Source: Azolla caroliniana (Eukaryota; Plantae; Polypodiophyta). Taken from it: a DNA stretch of 24,820 nucleotides. Position 1 is the first letter of the stretch, and each line of letters starts with the position of its first letter. Positions 9,104 to 19,865 of the stretch are shown piece by piece. A program made the position numbers and the translations under genes. Location: positions 1 to 24,820 of the forward strand of contig JBHGNT010000451.1 of the NCBI GenBank assembly GCA_043228905.1. The letters run 5' to 3'. Below the pieces are notes generated by a model. That model had not been told where the DNA came from, made no database searches, and saw nothing but the letters and a program-made list of their open reading frames with translations.

Positions 9104-12100
9104 GGCATGGGGTGTCTTACTAGTCCGATTCTCTTCCGGCATGCATCCAGCTTGTCGGGTATCAGCACTTTGGTCAGCATATCTGACCCGTTCTCGGCCG
9201 TGTGGATCTTCATCAGTGCGAACTCCTGGTCATCTACTCTTTCCCGGATCCAATGATACCTTCGCTGGATATGCTTCGTCCGGGAATGGTAGGCCGCATT
9301 CTTAGCAAGATGGATGGCACTTTGACTATCGCAATAGAGTCGATATTCAGCTTGCCGGATACCGAGCTCTCCGATGAAGTCCTTCATCCATAATATTTCC
9401 TTATCGGCTTCCACAGCCGCCATGTACTCCGCCTCTGTGGTTGACAATGCAACCGTCTTCTGCAGCCTCGACTGCCACGAAACAGCTCCCCCTGCATATG
9501 TCATCACATACCCAGATGTAGACCGGCTGGTATCCACATCAGCCGACATGTCCGAATCGGTGAAACCGTCCAGTTGAGGTTTTCCGGAGCCGAATCGGAG
9601 ACACATATTTGAAGTGCCCTTCAAGTACCAGAGTATCCATTTGACAGCGTTCCAATGCTCCTTGCCGGGATTGCTCATAAACCGGCTCACCACTCCGACT
9701 GCGTATCCTATATCCGGTCGGGTACAAACCATTACGTACATTAAGCTCCCGACGGCAGAGGCATATGGAATCTTCATCATATCCGCTTTCTCTGCTTTCG
9801 TCTTTGGGCTTTGCTTACCGGATAACCTGCAGTTTGCCGGAACTGTCGATTCGACCGGTTTCGCATCTGACATGTTGAACCGGTGAAGCACCTTTGTCAC
9901 GTACTTCTCCTGTGACAGCCATAATTGCTTCCCTGACCGGTTCCGGATAATATGCATCCCCAGCATCTGTCTTGCCGGACCCAAGTCTTTCATTGAGAAG
10001 GTCTGGTTGAGGGCCTTCTTCAGCATCCGTATTTTGACTTGGTCCCGTCCGACGATCAACATGTCGTCCACGTACAGAAGGAGTATCAGGAAGTCGCCTC
10101 CTTCGAACTTCTTCACAAACACGCAGTGATCGGACTGCGTCTTGTGGTACCCTTGATTGGTCATGAAGGAGTCGAACTTCCGGTACCATTGCCGGGGGGC
10201 CTGCTTCAACCCGTAGAGGCTCTTCTTCAACCGGCAAACCAGGTGCTCCTTCCCTTTCTCCACGAATCCTTCCGGTTGCTGCATGTAGATCTCCTCTTCG
10301 AGGTCACCATGAAGGAATGCCGTCTTCACGTCTAGCTGCTCTACCTCGAGGTCCATGCTTGCCGCTATACTCAGCACCGTCCGGATGGAGGTCATCTTTA
10401 CTACCGGGGCAAATATCTCGTCGAAGTCCACGCCCTTCTTCTGCTGAAACCCCTTCACCACGATCTTGGCTTTGTATCTCGGGGGGTTGCCGGCATCTCC
10501 CGGTTTCAACTTGTACACCCACTTGTTTCGGAGTGCCCGCTTTCCTTTCGGCAACTCCACCAGTTCGTACGTATGGTTCTCATGTAGGGAATCCATCTCA
10601 TCTTGCATGGCACTTAACCATTTGCGGTTGTGGGTGTCATCCTTCGCTTCTTCGAAGCTTTCTGGCTCCCCCTCATCGGTTAGCAGCACATGCTCTGCAT
10701 CCGGAAATCTCCGGGGGGGCCTTCTCTCTCTTAGAGGATATCTCCGTCTCTGGGCTTCGATATCCGGCTCCTCTATTTGCTCTTCATCCGAATCTGATTC
10801 GGGGTCCTGGCCGGTTTCGGTTTCAACTTCCTCTACTTCTTCTTCTGCCGGTTCGATATCCTCACCGTAACCGGCTGGCTCCTCGAGTGCTAACCGGTCT
10901 CTTACCGGTTGGGTCTGTTCATTGTAGAGTCGATCCTTACCAGTCGACTCGGAGTTCATTATCTTCTTCTCCGACTCCCAGTCGGTGAGCGTCTTGTCCT
11001 CCATGAAGATAATATCTCGACTCCGGAATACCTTCTTGTCGACCAGGTCCCACACTCGGTATCCGTACTCATCGTCACCGTAACCGAGGAATATGCATGG
11101 CCGAGTCTTTGGATCTAACTTTCATCTCCGGTCCTTAGCTACATGTACGTACGAAAGAGACCCGAATACCTTCAGATGCCGGTAGGACACTTCCTTACCG
11201 GTCTAGACTCTCTATGGCGTGTCTCCGTCCAAGGGCACTGAGGGTGATCTGTTTATCACATATGTCGCCGTCGATAGTGCCTGAACCCAAAACTTCTTGG
11301 GTAGTTTTGCATGCGCCAGCATTACACCGGACCCTCTCCATTATGGTCCGGTTCATCCTCTCGACCAGCCCGTTTAGTTCCGGCGTCTTCGGCATGGTAA
11401 ATTCGAGCCGGATTCCCTTCGAGCGACAGTACTCCTCGAACTGCCCCCGGTATTCTCCTCCGTTATCTGCTCGAATCGCCTTCAGCTTCCGGCCGGTTTC
11501 TCTTTCCACTCTCGCGTGGAGCTCTTTGAAGACGGATAGCACCTGATCCTTCGTCTTCAATGGTGTGGCCCACAGCTTCCGGCTGTGGTCATCTATGAAA
11601 GTCACGAAGTACTGCGCTCCGGCATGTGACTTCGTGTCTACTTGACACACATCCGTATGCACCAACTCCAGTGGTGCATTACGTCTCATCGGTGGCCTTG
11701 GTCTGAAGGAGGTCTGGTTTTGCTTACCGGCCAGACAATCAGTGCACTTCTCCAAGTGCACGTTCTTCACTGCAATGAGGTTGTCGTCTGCAAGCCTCTT
11801 CATCCCCTTCTCGCTCATATGACACAACCTCTTGTGCCACAGCTCACCGGAAGTGTCGGATGCCACGTTCACTTCTTTCGGACATAACCGGGCATTCATC
11901 AGGTACAATGTGTTGACCTTCCGGGCCCGAGCCACAATCAGGCTCCCTTTGCTGAACTTCATGACACCGTTCCGGATGCTACCCGTGTAGCCTTCATCAT
12001 ATAGCCGACCGACAGATATTAGGTTCAGACGAACCTCCTGAACGTGTCGGACATCCTTCAGCAGCAGCTTGCATCCGGTTGATGTTGACAGCCACACGTC

Positions 12101-13160
12101 TCCTATGCCGACAATTCGGCATGTACCTTCATTCCCCATCCGGACACAGCCGTGATCACCGGATGAGTAGGATGAGAAGCATTTCCGGTCCGGGGTAAGG
12201 TGGAACGACGCTCCGGAGTCTACCACCCAGGTCATCTCGTCGCCGGCAAGGTTTATCTCACTCTCCTCGGTGATGAGCATCAACTCTTCTTCACTTGCCA
12301 CGATTGCCGTCGTTCCCTTCCGGTTCGGCCCCTCCGGTCTTTACCGTTCTAGTCCGGGGTCCGCTTTGAATCGGTACCGTCGGTTTCCTTGTCTTTTCGG
12401 AAATGCCGACAATTCTTTTGGAAGTGTCCCGGCTTGCCACAATAGAAGCAAGTAGGCCTTCCCCTTGACTTTGACCGTGTCCCCGACCCGACTTCTCCCG
12501 GTTCTGGGGACTACGGTTTCTATGTCTTCCGCATTCCGATTCGGTAAGGAGCGCTTTGGAGTCGGAGCTCGTATCTTTTTCTTTCCGATGCACCTCCTCA
12601 TCTAGCAAGCTCGTCTTTACTCTTGCTAGGGATAACCGCTTTCCTTCCGGCCCGGCGTTGCCCAAGGTGACAACCAGTGTCTCCCAGCTATCCGGGAGGG
12701 AACCGAGCAGGAGTAGCGCAAGTACCTCGTCGGCGAGAGGTACTTCCAATGATGTTGCCTGGTGTATCAGCCCCTGGAAGGCATTCATGTGCTCCACCAT
12801 GCTGGAGCCATCTTGGTACCGGAGTCTTACTAGCTTCCGGAATACCGAAACCTGATTAACAACATTTTTGTTTTGAAACATAATGCCGATCTTCTCCCAG
12901 AGCTCATGAGCCTTGCTCTCTTCATTGAAGTTGTTGTATAGGCTCATGTCGATGAAGCACCGTATGTACGCCGTTGTCTTCATGTGCATCACCTCCCATA
13001 TTGTGGCGTCGATCTTGTCCGGTCTCTTGTCCCCGAACTGAACCGGTAACCAAAGATCTTTAACCACGAGCATGTCCCTCATCTTCGACTTCCACACTGA
13101 ATAGTTGGAGCCGGTGAGCTTGAACATGCCGCCAAACGATTCGTCCATTTTCTGTGTCAT
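9097..13160 (-). pseudogene. Copia gag-pol polyprotein (disrupted)
   Basis: ATG at 13160 (MTQKMDES...KLTGSNYSVWK); zinc knuckle CFYCGKPGHFQKNC; PR WVVDSGASFH; LWHKRLCH and CTDC; INT VHTDVC, DNGGEY, NGLVERMN; RT QLDVKTAFLHG, LYGLKQAPRQW, YVDDML; RH DSDM, EAEY, DSQSAI. Frameshifts near 12485, ~12320-12350 and 11323; stops near 12350 and at 11120-11215. The RT-RH part (9097-11055) is open. Confidence 0.95.
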
Positions 13161-13163
13161 TTC

Positions 13164-13175
13164 GCTCTGATACCA
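13164..13175 (-). other. Primer binding site (tRNA-iMet)
   Basis: TGGTATCAGAGC, 3 nt from the end of the 5' LTR. Confidence 0.95.
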
Positions 13176-13178
13176 CTT

Positions 13179-13814
13179 TGTCAGGAGCTGCACGCTCCCT
13201 ATACGCAACGCTCGGCCACAACCGAGCTTAGAATCGTACACAGAAAACGGGAAATAATGAACAACACGAAGAAGAGACAAGTACGTAGGATGTTTACGTG
13301 GAAAAACCCAAACTAAGGGAAAAAACCATGGCAGCCCACAGGCTGCAAACTATCCCTATGTTAGAATGTACAACAGTGAGTTCACGGAGGCAACGACCTC
13401 GTTCTCACAATCCTCGCCACAGGCGGCGGTTACAACAGAGGCAACAACCTCTTTCTCTTTCTCTCTCTCTCTCTCTTTGTACACAGTTACACGCTGTCTC
13501 TTTTCTTGCACCAACAAGAAATGACAACAACAAAACTAAAAGTTTGCCCTAAGTCATATTTATACTAATATGACTTTTTGGCTATTTACAAATATAGCCT
13601 CTATGGACTCTCAGAAACATATTTACGAATATGTCTCTTCATCCGGTGAGCATTCCTCACCAGGTCTGCACCATCCGGCTCTCCGTAGCCAGGTACTCTT
13701 CATCCGGTTCTCACCGGGTCTGCACCATCCGGCTCTCCGTAGCCGGGTACTCCTCATCCGGTTCATCGGCACCGTTCTTCTCCCTTCCCATCCGGAGGGA
13801 CCTGTCTCCCAACA
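13179..13814 (-). repeat. 5' LTR of the copia (636 bp; only two 54-bp units)
   Basis: Aligns to 8243-9086 at offset 4936 with about 20 substitutions by manual count; units start at 13657 and 13711. Confidence 0.96.
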
Positions 13815-13819
13815 AGTGG

Positions 13820-16800
13820 GTAGGCGTGCCTAGGCGGCTTAGAAGTCGTGCCATGAACAACGACGAGGGACGGGAAAAAAGGTGGGGTTGGTACGCATCT
13901 CGGGGGGATGGAGGGTGAGCCATTCGCGGAAGGATGCGTGCTCGAACCAGGGGAAACGCCACGGGAGTTGGATGCCAGGTGGTTCGAGGAGGGGGTAGAC
14001 TACGGGGTGGTCCCACCCTCGAGTGGGGGTGGGGTTTGCGGCCGCCCAAGTAGACATCTTATCGCGGTAAACATGGGGGTAAAGGAAGATGTCGACTTGG
14101 GGTTCGGAGGCGACTTTGGGGTAATAGGTGTAGAGGCGGGTGAGGGGTAGGGGGGTCTCACAGAAATCAAACTCCCAGGGATGGGGGCGATAGATTGTTT
14201 ATCAAGGCGAGTGTCCCAACCGGTACCACATTCGATGCAATCAAGGGCTGTTTGGAGGCTGTGGGTGAGTTGGTAACGGTCGACCAAATCAACGTAGAAG
14301 GCCGCAACGTTGAATTGGGCGCTCGGGTCGTGGAGTAGTGGAGGTGTAGTGAAGATGGGGGGGGGTGAGTTATTGGTGGAGCATGAGGTGGGCGAGGGGG
14401 TGGTTGAAAGGGAGGGCTTTGCGGAGGATGACATATGTGAATGTCCGACCGGGGTGGGTGATGACCCGTGTTTGGAGGGGGAAAGGGTCGGGTGGCCAGG
14501 GGGGATGGGGGTGGACCAAGGGGGGTGTGCGAAAGGGGTTGTCACCGAACATGGGGTGTGTGTGGTTGGGGACGTGGCATTCGTTGAGGTGAGGGTGTGG
14601 AGGGGAGTGGCAAGGGGGGAAGGTGGTGGAGGTGGTGGGGGGCTTGGAGGCGGGGAGGAGGTATGGTGAGGGTGAGGAGGTGGTTGGGTGTCAGGCTCAT
14701 CTGGTGAGTTGTGGTCCCACTCCAGGTTGATCTCCGGGGGGGGGGGGGTGCGGGGGTAGGAGGGCACGGGCACGAGCCTCATCGAACGTCATGAGTTGAT
14801 ACTCACGAGAGACGTCGAGGTATAGGGCTAACTCTGGTATGTCGTCAGCCTCGAGGTCAGTGGGCCAGTTGAATGTGGCGTATTCGATGCTGAATATGTG
14901 AGTACGAACCCCGACATCCTAGGCGGTTTGCCAAGCGCGTATTAGCCAGAGGAAACCGAAAGGGGGCACAGAGGTCTTAGCGCTCTCCAACAGGGTGCGG
15001 GTGAGGGTGTCGGCGATGTGGTGTAAGCGCACCAGCGTTGTGAAGAGGTGGGCTAGCTGGTCTTCAATGACTTGCATCGTGACATCAAAAGCGTAGGTGA
15101 AATAGACCAGATCGGAGATGTCTAAGTCTGGGGTGATGGCGGTGTGTAGGTAGGCCATGCCTTCGAGAAACAAAATAGGGAGATGTTGGGGGAAGAGGTC
15201 GTCGGCTGGGGGGGAGGGTTCTTCGATGGCTTCCTGGTACAACATGAAGAGGGCGAGGGCGTGGTTGTCTTCAGGGAGCACTCGGATGAAGGTATGCCGG
15301 TCTGGGGGGGTGGCATCGTCAAAGAATACGCAACGCGTGGCTACCAGCGACCGAAGGACACACGTGGCTGGGGTCAGAAGGTTACACGGTGTACGTGGTG
15401 TAGTGAAAAGTTCGGAGAGCAGTAATGTCGAGGTCACATACACCGAGAGTACCTGAATCTTATTCGGAGTGCCGGGCAGGGTAAGGGGAGGTGTCTAAAT
15501 GGTGGAGGGGCCCATCTTGTCGGGGTTGAGGGCATGTTCGAGGGCGGTTTTGGTCGTGCGGAGTTCAATGATGTCCTTTTTGAGGTCGGCGCACTGGTGG
15601 TGGTGTTTGATGAGGAGTCATCTGTTCCGTTCATTGGCGACCTCGACTTGGTGAACCATAGCATCATGTTCGGCCTTGAGGGTTGTAATCTCGCTCTTGA
15701 GTCTGTGAGTTCTGGCAGTGGCAGTGGCCAGAGCCTCGGACCGTTCGAAGAGGTCATCCGTCACAGCTGCGAGGTGGGACTCGGTCTATTGGTGTTGGGT
15801 GGTGAGACGGACGTACTCGGCAAAGAGTTCGATGTGTGTTTGTGCCGCGCGTTCCTGGTCATGGTGCCACGTTGTTCGGGCTTGTTGGAACTCATCAACG
15901 AATTGTTGGTGTCGGGTTGTGTCGCCAGCAGCTCTTGCTTGAGGAGGTCGTGGGTGGCCGCTTGGCATGCGTTGGTATGGAGGGCACTCCTCACTTCGGC
16001 AGCCAAGATCTCATTTCGTGTAGAGGTCTCGTGCTGATCGGTGGCGGTCTGTTGGGCCTGTGCATGGACTTGAAGTAGGCGATGGTTCACGATATAAGTC
16101 ATCTTGAGGAGGTCGGCCACCATGTCGGCTAAGGGTTTGGGGGGGTTGGCGAGGGACGGGTTATCGTGGGTGGTGACGGTAGTGAGCGGGGTAGAGCAGG
16201 GAATGAAGGCCGGGTGGGGTAGTGGTGGGGTTGTCATCTGGTCAAGAGCGATGGTGGGTTGAAGGGTGACGATTGGGCTTGTGGGCGATTGTAGGTTGGG
16301 GTTCTCGGGAGGACGGAGGGGGTTTTCGGTGTCGAGGGCGTTGTGATGGGCGAGTTTACGGGGTCGAGGTTGCGGTGTGTCGTCGGTGGTCATGGGTCGT
16401 GGATTGCGCCAGGGGGGGGGGTGGGGGTTCTCGGGGCAGAGAGGTTGGCGAGGTGGGAGGAGGTGGGGCTGCCAAGTTCCGTTGATCACGAAAGATTGAT
16501 TCGGTTGTGCAACTCTAATGTGACACATAGTGGAAGGTAGTAGACAAGACCTGGATTTCGGTGGGAGTGAATTCGCGTGTCTGGAATTCCTTGACACTAT
16601 TTGTGATATCCTCGAGGGTGTCGAGGGTAACTTTAGCCGTCACGTGGGTGATTGGGGGTTGTTTGTGCACCAGTGGCCATTCATGTTCGCCTTGATGTAC
16701 CTGTCTTAAGAAGTCACGTTCGGGGATGCGGAGTCACTCGGGTTGGCCCGATACAGCTATCTTGCGGTGTCGTTCTTGGCAGCGTATGAAGGAAGGGGTT

Positions 16801-17501
16801 GGGGGTCGGATGTTGAAGTTTGTGCACAAGTAACAGGTGAGGAACCACGCAAAATTGACTACCGATTTGGGCCGTGTGTGCCATTCTCAGACTCGGCGAA
16901 CAAGCTCATGAGCCCACTGGACCGGTTGAGGATCATGTGCCCACTTGAGGAACTCGCCGGTGATGCGGGCGGTGGCATTGGTAGATGCAATGTCGCCGAT
17001 CTGGGCAATCGTGCTACAACGGTCATGGAGGTGGGGGGGGATTTCGGTGTAACGCCAACCTTCGTGTCCAGAATATTCAGCATGGGCGCTGGGGATGATG
17101 CCGAGGAAGACCCCATGGGTCTTCGTGGTGCGGAAGGGGATGTCATCTAGTGGTAAATGCAGCGTAGCGCAAACGTCGGCGACAATGAACTGGAATTCGA
17201 CGGAGGGGGAATCCGCAAAAGCATGCATATTGATGTGGCTTGTGTTGGGGTTGTACTCGGTGAGGAATCGGTTGACCAACTCGGTTAGGACGCCCCACGG
17301 GCCAATCCCGAGGAAGAACTTGAGGCCGAGTCGGGAAAGGGTGTCGAACACATCGGGTTCGAGGTACTTGAGCTGCGTGGCGGCCATGGGGACCCGGTAA
17401 GTACATTGGGTGTTGTTGAACACCACCGGAATGACTAAGGAACCGGAACCTGCGTCGAGGTAGTACGTGTGGAGGAGTTTGATAAATTGAGGAGACGTCA
17501 T
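13820..17501 (-). pseudogene. Additional (non gag-pol) ORF of the gypsy element, main part: PMD-like N-terminus, Pro-rich linkers, coiled coil; disrupted
   Basis: ATG at 17501 after a splice acceptor. ORF pieces 16887-17501, 15761-16400, 14919-15900 and 13820-14900 can be joined through single stops and frameshifts, several in C homopolymers. Confidence 0.65.
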
Positions 17502-17511
17502 CGTTTGCCAC

Positions 17512-17530
17512 CTGTGGGGAAAAGATTAGT
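17512..17530 (-). promoter_or_regulatory. 3' splice acceptor upstream of the additional ORF
   Basis: actaat (branch-point-like), cttttcccca, cag|gtggcaaacgATG. Confidence 0.65.
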
Positions 17531-17625
17531 ATAGTTAAATTGGGTGAACAAATCCTTATTGGCAGGGTGGAGGGATTGGGATTTGAAAGGGTAGCGGGTA
17601 GGATATCTCTTCGGGCCGGTGAGAG

Positions 17626-17848
17626 GTTCGAACAAGGGTTAGGTTGTTCGAGGAGTTAGGCTCCTCGAACAAGGGTTAGGTTGTTCGAGGAGTAAGACTC
17701 CTCAAACCGGTTGGGGGTTCGAGGAGTTAGGCTCCTTGAACAAGGGTTAGGTTGTTCTAGGAGTTAGACTCCTCGAACATGTGGGGGGTTGAGGAGTTAA
17801 GCTCCTTGAACCAGGGTTAGGTTGTTCGAGGAGTTAAGCTCCTCGAAC
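17626..17848. repeat. Array of six 25-bp palindromic repeats with alternating short spacers
   Basis: GTTCGAGGAG-N5-CTCCTCGAAC at 17646, 17683, 17717, 17754, 17788 and 17824, plus a partial copy at ~17626. Confidence 0.92.
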
Positions 17849-18721
17849 CAGTGTGAAAACAAAACGACGAGGCCGCGTGCGAAGTGGCCCATTAACGGCC
17901 AACGATGTGAGGAGGTGTGGAAACGACGTGGCCACCGTCATGGCCGCCACGGGGGGAACGAAAAAAACGACGAGGTTGTGTGGCCTGTTAATGGCTAGTG
18001 ACATGAAGGGAGGAAACAACATGTTCGCCGTCATGCCCGCCGCAGAGGGACGAAGTGCATGGCATTGGCGTGGACTGGCGCAGGCGGGAAGGCGAACGGA
18101 GGAATGAAAAGCAGCAGGCGGGAGATGTGGAGGCGAAAAGGCAAAGAGGAGGCCTACCCAAGGAGTAGGTAGTCCAAGCGTGCAGAAGACGAGGCGGCGG
18201 CCGGAGCAAGTGACGTGCGAGGTAAGAGTGGGAGCGCCGAGGGTGGAGGGGGGAGTGCACCAAACATAGGGATAGTTGTGAGGGGGTGGTGGAAGGAAAG
18301 GTTGTGAGGGGGAAGAAGAAAAAGTGTTGCAGAAAACGGAGAGGGTCGTGAGAGGGAGGGGGAAAACAAGAAAAAAGAACAATTAAAAAAAGAGGGAGAG
18401 AGGGGGGGAGAGGAAAAAAGGAACGAACCAAGGCAACAAGGGGACAAACAAGGTTTGTATGTGGATGGTGGGGTTGAACGGGGGTCCACAGGGAGTGTCG
18501 TGAGGGTTTGGGGCAATTTCAATGAATTCTCGAAAGGTTTGAGGGGGTGAATGTGGGGGGAGTGTCGCTCGAGTATCGTCCGAGGATCCAGGCCCGTGAT
18601 GTTTAAGGACCCAGACCCGTGACGTATTTGTCAAAGGGATGGGGAGGGTTTGTGAAGCCCTTCTATGGGGTGTTCGGCCTCTTAGTTGTTTAGGCTTGTC
18701 GATTTCTATGACCTTAACCTA

Positions 18722-18992
18722 TGACAGGAACTACAATGCTCCTTATGCGCAACGCTTGGCCACAACCAAGCTTAGAATGATACACAGAAAACGGGAGATA
18801 AAACACGACAAGAAGAAGAGGAAGATACACAAGAGGTTTACGTGGAAAACCCCAAACTAGGGGAAAAACCACGGCAGCCCATAGGCTGCAAACTGTCACT
18901 ATGTAAGAATATACAACAGTGAGTTCACTGAGGCACCGACCTCATGCTCACAGATCTTCGCCACAGGCGGCGGTTACAACAGAGGCAATGAC

Positions 18993-19055
<63 letters not shown>

Positions 19056-19578
19056 CAGTTATGCACACTGATCTCGTGCAAAACAGAAAATGACAACTAC
19101 AACAGTTACTAAAAGTTTGCCCTAAGTCATATTTATACTAATATGACTTTTCGGCTATTTACAAATATAGCCTCGATGGACTCTCAGAAACATATTTACG
19201 AATATGTCTCTTCATTCGGTTCTCACCGGGCCTGCACCATCCGGCTCTCCGTAGCCGGGTACTCCTCATCCGGTTCATACCGGGTCTGCACCATCCGGCT
19301 CTCCGTAGCCGGGTACTCCTCATCCGGTTCATACCGGGTCTGCACCATCCGGCTCTCCGTAGCCGGGTACTCCTCATCCGGTTCTCACCGGGCCTACACC
19401 ATCCGGCTCTCCGTAGCTGGGTACTCATCCGGTTCATACCGGGTCTGCACCATCCGGCTCTCCGTAGCCGGGTACTCCTCATCCGGTTCATACCGGGTCT
19501 GCACCATCCGGCTCTCCGTAGCTTGTTCATCAGCACTGTTCTTCTCCCTTCCCATCCGAAGGGACCTGTCTCCCAACA
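18722..19578 (-). mobile_element. Solo LTR (857 bp) of the same copia family
   Basis: TGACAGG...CTCCCAACA; TSD ACCTA (18717-18721 and 19579-19583); no adjacent PBS or PPT; longer (CT)n tract; about 5.6 units of the 54-bp repeat. Confidence 0.96.
19223..19522. repeat. 54-bp tandem repeat, about 5.6 units, in the solo LTR
   Basis: Units start at 19223, 19277, 19331, 19385 (51 bp), 19436 and 19490 (partial). Confidence 0.95.
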
Positions 19579-19865
19579 ACCTAGGCGGGATATTTCACCG
19601 ATGTGTGCGATTTTCGGGTGTCCCATGCAAGCGTGGTGCGATCGCGACTGGGGAGCCGACTTCATTTCGGAACCCAGAAGCTAGTGGCGCCTTTGTGCCA
19701 ACCTTGTGCAGTTGTGAGTGTTTTTCTGACTCGCCAAATGGCAGGTTCTCCACAGCGCGGTCCTTCAGCGAAAACCGCATAGACGTTCACCCATTCACGT
19801 GGTTTGGGTGTCCATGTTCTGATGTTAGCGTCGCGTTGGTCATGGATGGCTAGTGGGTGTTGGTG

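Larger units (their letters stand above)
8243..13814 (-). mobile_element. Full-length but defective Ty1/copia LTR retrotransposon (Tnt1/Tork-like), 5572 bp
   Basis: Two LTRs with TG...CA ends, 5-bp TSD AGTGG (8238-8242 and 13815-13819), tRNA-iMet PBS, PPT, and gag-PR-INT-RT-RH order. Confidence 0.97.

Noticed and set aside
8634-9305. Repeat-protein ORFs (SPGLHHPALRSRVLLIRF)n and their equivalents at 19143-19853
   Set aside because: These are by-products of a stop-poor 54-bp (multiple of 3) LTR tandem repeat that is open in several frames on both strands.
12300-12500. Programmed gag-pol frameshift in the copia
   Set aside because: Plant copia elements normally have a single ORF. One shift precedes the zinc knuckle at a short TCGGG duplication, and further stops and shifts occur in INT, which indicates decay.
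10039-12859. Plus-strand ORFs over the copia pol, and likewise over FtsH4 and the gypsy ORFs
   Set aside because: These are antisense shadows of real coding frames with no recognisable motifs.
14000-14782. Extensin or proline-rich host gene
   Set aside because: It lies inside the gypsy accessory region and is a frameshifted mosaic of the extra ORF; there is no signal peptide or regular SPPPP-Y repeat.
14919-17501. Retroviral-type envelope gene
   Set aside because: The position and splice acceptor are env-like, but I see no signal peptide, furin site or convincing transmembrane anchor.
17634-17823. Telomeric repeats (AGGGTT/TTAGG) in the array spacers
   Set aside because: Only 1-2 imperfect units per spacer and no tandem TTTAGGG tract.
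17626-17848. CRISPR array
   Set aside because: The repeats are palindromic, but the spacers are only 9-12 nt and themselves repeated, there are no cas genes, and the context is a plant retrotransposon.
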